Below are positions 37,130-46,832 of a stretch of 64,000 nucleotides of DNA, piece by piece. The position numbers and the translations under genes were made by a program. The notes under the pieces are model-generated. The model ran no database searches. It was not told the origin of the DNA and saw only the letters and a program-made list of their open reading frames with translations. Source of the stretch: an uncultured virus (IMG/VR IMGVR_UViG_3300028835_001893) (Duplodnaviria > Heunggongvirae > Uroviricota > Caudoviricetes); the IMG/VR virus record IMGVR_UViG_3300028835_001893; one strand, 5' to 3'. Numbering within the stretch: the first letter of the stretch is position 1; each line of letters opens with the position of its first letter.

Positions 37130-40100
37130 GTGTTTAATATAAATGACCTCTGGAAGATACTTAAAGTGATAAGAGGCGAAGAAGTTACAGACTTAGCTGA
37201 CACTGTGAAAGCCGAAGCGATATCTGAACAAGGGAAATCCAGTAGGTTGTTCTCGAATGTATTAGACCAAAATGTATTTGCTAGTGATGACTATAGAAGA
37301 TTTAGAGACTTCTTAATTGATTTATATGCCGCTCTTAGAACTTTGACCACTACACAGACTCATGCGTCTGACCCCTTCTCACTACCAGAGGATTATTTAG
37401 ATGAACTTTTTAGAAGTTTTGGTTACCTCTATTCTACAGACCTTTCTACTTATAATTATAAAGTAAATACTAATAAAGCTACTTTCTTTCTTGATTTAGT
37501 AAATTTATATAAAATAAAAGGAACTCCACAGTCTCTTGTTGAAGTACTTCAATATTATGGAGTAAAAAGTCTAGACGTTTTAGAGTTCTGGTTACAATAT
37601 AGTGCTAATCCTGGAGAATTGATTTTCCACGGAGAAGTTGTTGCATCTGGAATACCAAGTACAACACCAATAAGTCATGATCTGTCTTTTGAAAGGGCTA
37701 CTGAAGGCGACCCACATTGGATGATAACTAAGGAACAAGTTGAAATACTTCATGCTTTAAACAAAATAAATCTTCCTTCCAAAACTCCTTATTTCTCAAT
37801 TCGTCCTAAATATGATGTTCTTAATGCAGTTATGGCAATCTTATTTAGAAAAGTTTCAGATGAGTATGAAGAATGGCAATCGACAGGAACAATTGCAGAA
37901 CACTTTGTTCCAATAGATGCTGTTGGAATCGAAGCATCTCTTTTAGAACTTTACTTATCTTGTGTCTATATTTTCAACAAAGACCATCCTACTGGATTCG
38001 GAACTACAACTACATCAACAAGTACTTCTAGCACATCTACTACTTCAACTAGTACAAGTACTTCTACATCGACTACTACTACATCAACAACTAGTATATC
38101 TACAAGTACTTCTACATCAACAAGTACTAGTACAAGTACTTCAATCAGTACTTCAACGAGTACATCAACAAGTACTTCTACTACTACCAGTACTTCAACA
38201 TCAACAAGTACTAGTACATCTACTACATCAACATCTACTACAATATGTCTTGAATGGATTTCATATTTTGATAATGTAGATTGGCCAGAAGATACTGCTA
38301 TTGATATGGCTTGGGATGGAACAGCTAGGACATGGCTAGTTATCTCTGAAATGGCAGGATTAGTTGCTAATGATGTATGGAATCCAGGATTCAGACCATA
38401 TATGATTAGAATTAGCTTTAGTGGCAATCCTATAAACTTTGTACTCTATGATAGTGTATGGAATGTTATCGCTAGTAGTTCAGGATATACATCTGGTCAA
38501 GAAGTAGACATTACTTTTGTTGGAAATGATATAGATAGGTTAGAATTTAGCGATTCTTCAAGTGTTGTAATTACTAACATCGAATTCTATGGTCCATGTT
38601 TGACAACAACAAGTACTTCTACAAGCACTTCTACTAGTACTACAACAACTTCGACGTCAACTAGTACATCTACAAGCACTTCTACATCTACAAGTACTTC
38701 TACTAGTACATCAATTAGTACTACGACTACTGAATGTTTCGAATGGGAACAACATTTCTACCCAAGTGACTGGACAATAGTAGACCCAGATAGTCAATAT
38801 TGGGATTCTACTTCTAATGTATGGATTATAAAGAAGTTTATATCAGCAATGCTTCCTACTGGTTGGGAAGTGGATTATAGACCGACTAAAGTTAGATTAA
38901 CTTATGATAGTACTGCAAGTATAATCTTCTTTCTGTTTGACTCTACTGCCAATATAATTGCTGAAGCACTTAATTATGTATCTGGAACAGAAGTAGATAT
39001 AACTTTTGTTGGATTCGATCTAGCAGGACTACAGTTTATGAACTCTGAAGGTGCAATCATAACTAATATCGAGTTCCTTATTCCTTGTTCAACCACTACA
39101 ACTACTAGTACATCTACTTCTACTTCAACTAGTACGACAACTATAAGTACTTCGACATCAACTAGTACGTCAACATCTACTAGCACTAGTACTTCAACGA
39201 GTACTACCTTTTCAACTACTACTATCTGTGAAAGAGAATTCGGTGAAAATTGGCAGCGAAAAATGTGGTTTGATGATGTTAACGATTACTATTGGAGAGC
39301 TAGATGTCTAGCAGAAGACTCAACAGCTATTATGGTAATAGAATATATATCTAGAGCCGATGTAGAAAATGATGTAGACAATTGGATAGAAAACACTAAC
39401 GCTCGAATTGTTTGTCTTGATTTTGGTGGAATTAAAGCTGACTTTACTATTCGAAGTGCAGAGTCAAATCTACCAGTTACTGTATTCTATTCTGACGGTA
39501 CTGACGTCTACATCGCTGAAAGTGATGAGGCTAGTCCTACTGGATGGGCGTGGGAGAACGTAAATAAAGTATTTGATGCTTCAGAGATTGAAGGTGCTAT
39601 ATACCAACGTGTTAATTTCGCAGCGAACCGTCAAACTCCAACTTCTTTTATATGGGCAACAGCTGTTTGTAAGATCGATATTGGTGGAGGTGGGTTTACT
39701 TATCAAGTTAAAACTAAACATCAAACAAATGCTGGCGATTTAACTAATTGGGACGCAGCAGTAGATATCAGTGATGTGATTGATGGAACAAACGGAAACC
39801 AAATCTGGGGTCAATCTGTACGATCAATGGGTGAATCTGGTGCTCAAAAGAAAGAGATGATTTTTGTTTGGAAGGAAGACGTTTATTTAAAATCTAGATA
39901 CCATGCACTTGGATGGGAAAACATCCAAAACATTCCAGACGGAGCTGCTGTTCCACATTATCCAGGTGTAGCGAGATTTGATCTCGAACACGGAATTACT
40001 GCTGGGGAAGATCATGCTCATATTATATATGTAGAGGCTGATAATACTATTCAGTGGAGTGAAAGAGATCCTGGTGTTAATGGTGTTTCTCAGTGGAATG

Positions 40101-40549
40101 CAGCTACTTGTATAGCTGACTCAACAGCTGCTATTCATGGTGCAGTTGGTATAATTGAGCATGGCTCTGGTAATTTGTATGTAGCTTGGAAACATAACGA
40201 CGTAATTGAATATAGAACACACCCTTGTGACACTGAAATTTGGAGTCCGCTAGTAAGCCAGGAAGCTTACGTCTTTGATCCAAGCGTTGACGCGGTTGTG
40301 ACTACTTCTACTATATGGCAGATCCAAACTGCAGACTCTGTGTCAGCAGATGACCACGTTATACTAAACTGGATAGGTCATAAATTAGGAGATTGGTGTG
40401 ATATAGGATGGGGTAAATTAGCACTACCATATACAACTAGTTCAACGAGTACTACTACTAGTACGAGTACTTCTACATCAACTAGTACTACAACAACAAC
40501 TACTAGTACAAGTACTTCTACGAGTACGACATCATCAACTACTACATAA
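37130..40549 (+). CDS. Baseplate wedge-like protein (N-terminal part) with T/S-linked accessory domains
   Basis: LDELFRSFG and LYKIKGTPQSL..VL..YG (P2 gpI/T4 wedge-like motif); four T/S tracts; two internal repeats. Confidence 0.7.
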   Translation: MFNINDLWKILKVIRGEEVTDLADTVKAEAISEQGKSSRLFSNVLDQNVFASDDYRRFRDFLIDLYAALRTLTTTQTHASDPFSLPEDYLDELFRSFGYLYSTDLSTYNYKVNTNKATFFLDLVNLYKIKGTPQSLVEVLQYYGVKSLDVLEFWLQYSANPGELIFHGEVVASGIPSTTPISHDLSFERATEGDPHWMITKEQVEILHALNKINLPSKTPYFSIRPKYDVLNAVMAILFRKVSDEYEEWQSTGTIAEHFVPIDAVGIEASLLELYLSCVYIFNKDHPTGFGTTTTSTSTSSTSTTSTSTSTSTSTTTTSTTSISTSTSTSTSTSTSTSISTSTSTSTSTSTTTSTSTSTSTSTSTTSTSTTICLEWISYFDNVDWPEDTAIDMAWDGTARTWLVISEMAGLVANDVWNPGFRPYMIRISFSGNPINFVLYDSVWNVIASSSGYTSGQEVDITFVGNDIDRLEFSDSSSVVITNIEFYGPCLTTTSTSTSTSTSTTTTSTSTSTSTSTSTSTSTSTSTSISTTTTECFEWEQHFYPSDWTIVDPDSQYWDSTSNVWIIKKFISAMLPTGWEVDYRPTKVRLTYDSTASIIFFLFDSTANIIAEALNYVSGTEVDITFVGFDLAGLQFMNSEGAIITNIEFLIPCSTTTTTSTSTSTSTSTTTISTSTSTSTSTSTSTSTSTSTTFSTTTICEREFGENWQRKMWFDDVNDYYWRARCLAEDSTAIMVIEYISRADVENDVDNWIENTNARIVCLDFGGIKADFTIRSAESNLPVTVFYSDGTDVYIAESDEASPTGWAWENVNKVFDASEIEGAIYQRVNFAANRQTPTSFIWATAVCKIDIGGGGFTYQVKTKHQTNAGDLTNWDAAVDISDVIDGTNGNQIWGQSVRSMGESGAQKKEMIFVWKEDVYLKSRYHALGWENIQNIPDGAAVPHYPGVARFDLEHGITAGEDHAHIIYVEADNTIQWSERDPGVNGVSQWNAATCIADSTAAIHGAVGIIEHGSGNLYVAWKHNDVIEYRTHPCDTEIWSPLVSQEAYVFDPSVDAVVTTSTIWQIQTADSVSADDHVILNWIGHKLGDWCDIGWGKLALPYTTSSTSTTTSTSTSTSTSTTTTTTSTSTSTSTTSSTTT

Positions 40550-40593
40550 TTGGAGATTTATAAAGGGAACAAATCTAAAAGAGAGGAATATTA

Positions 40594-43500
40594 ATGGCAA
40601 TACCTCCTGGTCAATATTATCTATGTTATGATGGAACCTCTACTGACTACATAGAGATTATAAATGTATACAATACATTGATCGGGAACCCTTCTTCTAG
40701 AGATGATAAACGAACTAAGTACTTTCAATTTTTTGATTTATTCACAAGACACAGATCAAGAAATTTTCTAGTAAATAGGGACTCAGCTGGTCAAGTCCTT
40801 AATCTAGTAAACACAGATCTAAAGTCTGCATTAGATGACTTATACAATAAAACTGAGAAAGATGAACTCCTATTATCACTTCTGAAAAATCTTAGAGACT
40901 GGGTACGAGCAAACATTGGTTATGGTTATCTAGATCTTGCCTTCTTATTCCTTGGTCATGAAGCGATTCTTAAAGAATTAGGAAATGTAATAGACTTCTT
41001 CAAACCTTACAGAGCGAGAATTCTTCCATTAGAAATGATTGAGTTTAAGAATAGATTAATGAACTCAGTTCGACTTGACGACAGTCTTATTCTAGATATT
41101 GGACAAGACATCTATGACTGGGTAACGGCTAATAGTAATCCTTGTTGTCCAGATCCTTTATTATTATGTCCAGACTCAACCGCAGCATCGCAATGGTACT
41201 CACGAATAACTTACGATTGTGGGTCTTACTATGACATTGGTTGTTGTCTTGATATAAGACCGCTTGAGATTTATATTCAACAGATTTTTCATGACCATTA
41301 TATTTGTAGAGATGCTTCGGTTACTAGTAGAGACTCAACATCTACTTACAATATTATGGTTCATAGTAGATATGAGATGTACGACCCGTCACATTTAACT
41401 GACTCTACTAGTTGCGTAAAAATTGCGTACCAAGATGGTGGTGTAGTTAATTATGATGGTGGGTGGTCGTTTGACTGTCCTTATGCAAGCGATATATGTG
41501 AAATTACCGTGACTGTTCCAACGACAACAACTACTACTACAACTACAAGTACTTCGAGTACGTCTACTTCTTCGACTACAACCACTTCAACTACTAGCAC
41601 GACTTCGACTTCTACTACATCAACTACAACCACTTCAACTACGAGCACTACAACAAGCACTACAACAACAGAGTTCTTAGTTGGTTGTGGAATATTAAGA
41701 CCAGATCCTGGAGCAGATGATGAGAGATTATATCCACCTTGCTGGATTTCTACTACATCGACTAGTACTACTACATCGACTTCAACAAGTACTTCTACAA
41801 GTACAAGTACATCTACGTCAACTAGTACTTCAACTTCTACAACAACTACATCTACAAGTACTTCAACTTCTACAACAACTACATCTACGTCAACTAGTAC
41901 GACAACAACATCCACAAGTACTTCCACATCTACGAGTACATCAACTACTACAAGTACTACAACTTCATTAGCAATTTCAGAGACTTTAATTTCTAATGAT
42001 ACAAACGATTGGGGAGATATAAATGGCGTACTTGGTTCGTGTATAGTTTATTGTACTTATGGACAAGCAACTCCACTTGGACCTGTATTTGGAAAATCAA
42101 TAACTTGTGGAGATAGTTGGAATACTACGTTATTACCAACTGCTGTCAATCCTGGTGTTATTGATGATATAAGAACAAGAATACATGCTATAGACCAAAA
42201 TAACATAGTTATGGCCTATTCAGAAAATATTACAGATATAAAACTATATTTCGCTAAAAGTATTGATGGTGGTTCTACATGGAGCGCTACTGACACAACT
42301 AGTTGGATAGAAGTTACAACAATAAGTGAAATTCCAGGTCAAATACATGTAGTTCCATTTGATATATTTGCTTCAGATATTAACACAATTTTTGTAGCTG
42401 CAAATATAGGAAATCAAATAACATTAGGCAAGTCTGTAGACAGTGGAGTAAATTGGGACTTCAATACGATCTATAACTCTGAAGCTGATCATATTAGAAT
42501 TCAAGCTATAGATTCTACTGCAGTATATGTTGCATGGAGGTGGCAGTCTACGGGTTACTTCAGTAAAACAACTGATGGAACAAATTGGACTACAATTACA
42601 GTATTAGAAGCTTTCAAATGTGATAAAATCGACTTCTATGCTTTAGATGAAAATAATTTATATTATGCCACACAGTCTGAAGATAATGAGAGAATTTCTG
42701 TTTTCATTTCAAATAATGCTGGTGATAACTGGACTGAAAAAGTTGTTGAAACATCACCAGGACAAGAACCAGAAGGAGAAAATCAAGTCGGAGTTTGGGC
42801 AGCTGATACTAGTAATATCTTTGTATTCTATAGTTATGAAGAAGGTGCGCAACTAAAATTCGCTTATACTCAAGACGGTGGAGATTCTTGGCGTAATGAA
42901 GTAATACTTAACAATCCTGTTATATCCACATTTATACATGGATGTGACATTAATAATGTATTTGGACTTGCTTTAAGAGATTCAAATTATATTTATAGTT
43001 TTACAATCGGTGGAACATGTCCAGAAACAACTACAAGTTCAACAACTACTACTAGTACTACTACAACGACAAGTACGAGTACTTCTACTACGAGTACATC
43101 TACTTCGACAACATCTACGTCTACTTCTACAAGTACTACATCTACATCTACATCGATATCTACTTCGACAACGTCTACTTCGACTTCTACGACAAGTACA
43201 TCTACTTCGACAACGTCTACGTCGACTTCGACAACGTCTACGTCGACTTCTACTACAAGTACATCTACTTCGACAACGTCTACGTCGACTTCTACTACTA
43301 GTACGAGTACATCGACAACATCTACGTCAACTTCGACAACGTCTACGTCGACTTCTACTACAAGTACATCAACTTCGACAACATCTACTTCTACTTCAAC
43401 GAGTACAAGTACATCGACATCTACTAGTACCACAACAACAACTACAACAACAACGACGTCGACTAGTACTACTAGTGGAAGTACTACTTGTACTGAAGAA

Positions 43501-43854
43501 TGGATTTCATGTCATGACAACACATATTGGACAGGTACTCAGAATGTAAGCTGGAATGCGGGAGAAAGCAGATGGGAGACTTCTGATATTGCTAAGTTAG
43601 AAGTTACAGGAACATGGGCAAACGGTTTCAGACCAACTAAGTTTCGTATGACATTTACTGAAGTTGCAAGTATTGACGAGCTCCAACTACTAGACTCAGA
43701 TTCGCCAGCAAATCTTATAGTCTTTGTGTACGACTATACGTCGTTAGAGGAACGAAATTGTACATTTACTGAGCCCTATAATATTGCAGAACTAAGAATA
43801 AACGATACTACTCCCATTTATATAACAAACATAGAATTCTTTGCATGTCCCTAA
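40594..43854 (+). CDS. Baseplate-associated protein with Asp-box propeller and T/S linkers
   Basis: VIDFFKPYRAR motif; SIDGGSTW, SVDSGVNW, SNNAGDNW and TQDGGDSW Asp-boxes; three T/S tracts. Confidence 0.7.
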   Translation: MAIPPGQYYLCYDGTSTDYIEIINVYNTLIGNPSSRDDKRTKYFQFFDLFTRHRSRNFLVNRDSAGQVLNLVNTDLKSALDDLYNKTEKDELLLSLLKNLRDWVRANIGYGYLDLAFLFLGHEAILKELGNVIDFFKPYRARILPLEMIEFKNRLMNSVRLDDSLILDIGQDIYDWVTANSNPCCPDPLLLCPDSTAASQWYSRITYDCGSYYDIGCCLDIRPLEIYIQQIFHDHYICRDASVTSRDSTSTYNIMVHSRYEMYDPSHLTDSTSCVKIAYQDGGVVNYDGGWSFDCPYASDICEITVTVPTTTTTTTTTSTSSTSTSSTTTTSTTSTTSTSTTSTTTTSTTSTTTSTTTTEFLVGCGILRPDPGADDERLYPPCWISTTSTSTTTSTSTSTSTSTSTSTSTSTSTSTTTTSTSTSTSTTTTSTSTSTTTTSTSTSTSTSTSTTTSTTTSLAISETLISNDTNDWGDINGVLGSCIVYCTYGQATPLGPVFGKSITCGDSWNTTLLPTAVNPGVIDDIRTRIHAIDQNNIVMAYSENITDIKLYFAKSIDGGSTWSATDTTSWIEVTTISEIPGQIHVVPFDIFASDINTIFVAANIGNQITLGKSVDSGVNWDFNTIYNSEADHIRIQAIDSTAVYVAWRWQSTGYFSKTTDGTNWTTITVLEAFKCDKIDFYALDENNLYYATQSEDNERISVFISNNAGDNWTEKVVETSPGQEPEGENQVGVWAADTSNIFVFYSYEEGAQLKFAYTQDGGDSWRNEVILNNPVISTFIHGCDINNVFGLALRDSNYIYSFTIGGTCPETTTSSTTTTSTTTTTSTSTSTTSTSTSTTSTSTSTSTTSTSTSISTSTTSTSTSTTSTSTSTTSTSTSTTSTSTSTTSTSTSTTSTSTSTTSTSTSTTSTSTSTTSTSTSTTSTSTSTTSTSTSTSTSTSTSTSTTTTTTTTTTSTSTTSGSTTCTEEWISCHDNTYWTGTQNVSWNAGESRWETSDIAKLEVTGTWANGFRPTKFRMTFTEVASIDELQLLDSDSPANLIVFVYDYTSLEERNCTFTEPYNIAELRINDTTPIYITNIEFFACP

Positions 43855-43948
43855 TGAAACAATCTAGACAAAACTATTTGGTAGTTTATTTAAATATAAT
43901 ATCAAGGAGAAACTTAGAACAAAACTAAAATAGGAGGTTTTAGAAGTA

Positions 43949-44200
43949 GTGGCAAACCCTGTTATAAGTGGAATCGTAAGAGACAAAGACGGAAACATCA
44001 TTACGGGTGTTCAATGTAACATCGACGTATATGATAAAGATGACCGTTCTCTTCGAATACTTGCCATCAAAACTGATGGAACTCTATGGGCTTGGGGATA
44101 TATAACATACCGTTCTTCTCCAGTACAAGTAGGTTCATTAACTAACTGGGTAGATGTAGCTGCTGGAAGAGATCATACAATTGCTATCCAGATTCAGTAA
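43949..44200 (+). pseudogene. Internally deleted chimera: 45357-type N-terminus fused to a terminal RCC1-like repeat
   Basis: The first 36 aa are nearly identical to 45357; the rest (AIKTDGTLWAWG...RSSPVQVGSLTNW) matches the repeats of 46833. Confidence 0.65.
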
Positions 44201-44217
44201 AACATAGGAGATAAAAA

Positions 44218-45336
44218 ATGTCAACAATCCGTGAAATGTTAGAAGTAGCAGGAAGTTTAGAAAAAGCTGAGAAGATGGCACAAAAATTTATTAAAGAAAA
44301 AGGACCTGAATATCTACTTGACCTTCAACTTCTATATTCTATGCAGGGAAAAGTAAAGAAATCTTGGGAAGTTTGTCAAGAAGCAACTAAAGTATTTCCT
44401 GACGATGATCGGGTTGCGTATGACAGAGGTTGGCATATTATGATGCAAGGAGATTTGCTTGGAGGATTTACTCTTATGAACAGAGGTAGAAACGTTGAAA
44501 CCTGGGGGAATGCTCCTATTGGAAGTATCAGACCAATATGGAACGGAGAAGATATTAAGGGAAAGCATATACTTTTTAATTGTGAGGCAGGTTTCGGAGA
44601 TGAAATAACTTTTATAAGATTTGCAAAAGAAATTACTAAATTAGGAGCCCATGTAATTGTTGTATGTAGTCCAGATCTTGCTCCATTGTTTGCTAGAATT
44701 CCAGAAATGTCTGCTGTTGTACAAAGAGAGACAGCTTTAGGAGTTTATCATGATTACTGGGTTCCTTCTATGTTAGCACCAGTAGTTTTGAAAACACAAT
44801 TTAGTGACTTATCTGGAAAACCATATTTAGAACCAAACTTAAAACATGTAAAGAAGTTTAACATAGTTATAAATAGTAATAAACTAAAAGTTGGAATTAG
44901 ATGGTTAGGAAGAGAAGGAGAAGATTATATAAATAGAATCTTTTCAAAAGAATTATTTTTTGATGCAGTTACTCAAGACCATATCCAGTTATATTCTTTA
45001 CAGAAAGATCATAACGAAGAAAGTTTACCTAAACATATTGTTGACTTAGAACCGATGCTTGAAACTTGGGAAGATACTGCAGGGGCAATCGCTAATCTTG
45101 ATCTTGTAGTATCATCTTGTACTTCAGTAGCTCATCTAGCAGCAGCAATGGGGAAACCAACTTGGGTTATACCTCCACTGATGATGTATTATGTTTGGTC
45201 TTACCCTGGAAACAAGTCTCCTTGGTATGACTCTATTACTTTGTTTAGACAAGAAAAGTATGACGAATGGGAACAACCTTTTAACAAAATGAAAGAAGAA
45301 CTAAATAGGGTTAGAACGTCCTTAGAACAAAACTAA
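44218..45336 (+). CDS. TPR-containing GT9-like glycosyltransferase
   Basis: GFGDEITFIRFA, KVGIRW, LYSLQK, WEDTAGAIANLDLVVS.CTSVAHLAAAMGKPTW and SPWYDSITLFRQ. Confidence 0.85.
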   Translation: MSTIREMLEVAGSLEKAEKMAQKFIKEKGPEYLLDLQLLYSMQGKVKKSWEVCQEATKVFPDDDRVAYDRGWHIMMQGDLLGGFTLMNRGRNVETWGNAPIGSIRPIWNGEDIKGKHILFNCEAGFGDEITFIRFAKEITKLGAHVIVVCSPDLAPLFARIPEMSAVVQRETALGVYHDYWVPSMLAPVVLKTQFSDLSGKPYLEPNLKHVKKFNIVINSNKLKVGIRWLGREGEDYINRIFSKELFFDAVTQDHIQLYSLQKDHNEESLPKHIVDLEPMLETWEDTAGAIANLDLVVSSCTSVAHLAAAMGKPTWVIPPLMMYYVWSYPGNKSPWYDSITLFRQEKYDEWEQPFNKMKEELNRVRTSLEQN

Positions 45337-45356
45337 AATAGGAGGTTTTAGAAGTA

Positions 45357-46532
45357 GTGGCAAATCCTGTAATAAGTGGAATCGTAAGAGATAGAAACAG
45401 AAATGTGATAACAGGAGTACAATGTAATATTGACGTATATGATAAAGATGACCGTTCTCTTCGAATAGGAAGTAGTAAATCAAAAGCTGTTAATGGTGAG
45501 TGGTACACTGAACTTCCTGGGATTCCTCATAATACAAAAGTTCTGACTATGTTCTCCTTACAAAACAGTCAGTTCATAGCTGGTGCTGAGTTTATGCAAG
45601 CTACAACTACTACAAGTACTTCTACTTCTACAACAACAAGTACTTCTACTAGCACTACAACAACGACTACATCTACGTCAACTAGTACATCGACAACGAC
45701 TACATCTACTTCAACTAGTACATCGACAACAAGCACTACTAGTACATCGACAACAAGTACTATTAGTACATCGACAACAATTACTACTAGTTCCTCTACT
45801 ACTTCTATATCTACAACAAGTACTACTAGTACTTCAACAACTAGTGGTTCTACTACCTCAGCTAATGGTGAGGCAGAGTGTGACTGTGATACTCGTATAT
45901 TAGCATTTGATGATGAGAGTACACCTGACACTATCAATCAGGATGATTCAATAACTATATTTCTTAATGATGGATGTCCGCCTTATGAATGGTCTGTAGA
46001 AGGAACTGGTTTTTCGATGACTCTTGCCCAAACACAAGATAAAAATAATACACTTAACGCTAGTCCTACAGCTTGTGGACCTGCTAGTATTACTATAACA
46101 GATCACTGTGAGAGAACAGTCTATGCTTATATACGATGTACAACTGGTAGCTGGACAGTTAGTTATGTAGAATATTTGCACCAACCTTGGACAGTAGGTT
46201 ATTGTCTTTTCGATAATTTAAATTGTTCTGGTTGTGATGGCGAACCATTAACTTACGAAGAGATTTATGGAAAGTATAAATTTGTACTGGAGGGACCTAT
46301 TTGTCTTGCTTCTTACCAACCATCCTGTGGGGGTTCAGGAAGTTGTCCCAACGATTTTGAATGGAAACAGACTAATGGAGATCCACCTACAGCAATTCCC
46401 CATGCTGGAGACCCCAATCAATGTCATGTTGCCTATCATGGTGGTACATGTACTTGTGACCCCCCTAGTTGTTATGATCCTGTCAAAGGATGTATATATC
46501 GGTATGCAAAAAGATATGATTGGATATGTTAG
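45357..46532 (+). CDS. Virion accessory protein: N-terminal domain, T/S linker and Cys-rich domain
   Basis: Shared N-terminal domain with 46833; T/S tract 45603-45860; DGCPPYEWSV.GTGF Ig-like segment; Cys-rich tail. Confidence 0.7.
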   Translation: MANPVISGIVRDRNRNVITGVQCNIDVYDKDDRSLRIGSSKSKAVNGEWYTELPGIPHNTKVLTMFSLQNSQFIAGAEFMQATTTTSTSTSTTTSTSTSTTTTTTSTSTSTSTTTTSTSTSTSTTSTTSTSTTSTISTSTTITTSSSTTSISTTSTTSTSTTSGSTTSANGEAECDCDTRILAFDDESTPDTINQDDSITIFLNDGCPPYEWSVEGTGFSMTLAQTQDKNNTLNASPTACGPASITITDHCERTVYAYIRCTTGSWTVSYVEYLHQPWTVGYCLFDNLNCSGCDGEPLTYEEIYGKYKFVLEGPICLASYQPSCGGSGSCPNDFEWKQTNGDPPTAIPHAGDPNQCHVAYHGGTCTCDPPSCYDPVKGCIYRYAKRYDWIC

Positions 46533-46767
46533 AAATGGGCGAAAAACTATAGACCAGATACTTGCAGCTTTTTCTAAGGGCCATATTCAGGATGCTTTAA
46601 ATATTATATCCTTGATGGATAAGCATAATATTACAAAGGAAGATATTAAGAGCTTTTTAGAGACTTCATTGGTTGAGACAAATAAACCTATAAAAACTAG
46701 AAGGTTATCTAAAGAACAACGAGTCGATATGCTTGCAAGAACCAAATGGGGCTACAAACGAAGATGA
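46517..46767 (+). CDS. Hypothetical protein
   Basis: 3' part of ORF 46267-46767; the likely start (MIGYVRNG) is approximate. Confidence 0.45.
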
Positions 46768-46832
46768 GGGGAAACAATTTTACTTCCGGGGGAAGTAATG
46801 ACAGCATAAACAATAATGAGAGTAACTAATTT

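Noticed and set aside
30524..45937. Long Val/Asp/Glu/Leu-rich minus-strand ORFs and Leu/Gln/Arg-rich alternate-frame ORFs (30524, 34887, 37966, 41481, 42993, 43010, 45569, 45583)
   Set aside because: Shadow frames of the Thr/Ser codon tracts, with no RBS or independent domains.
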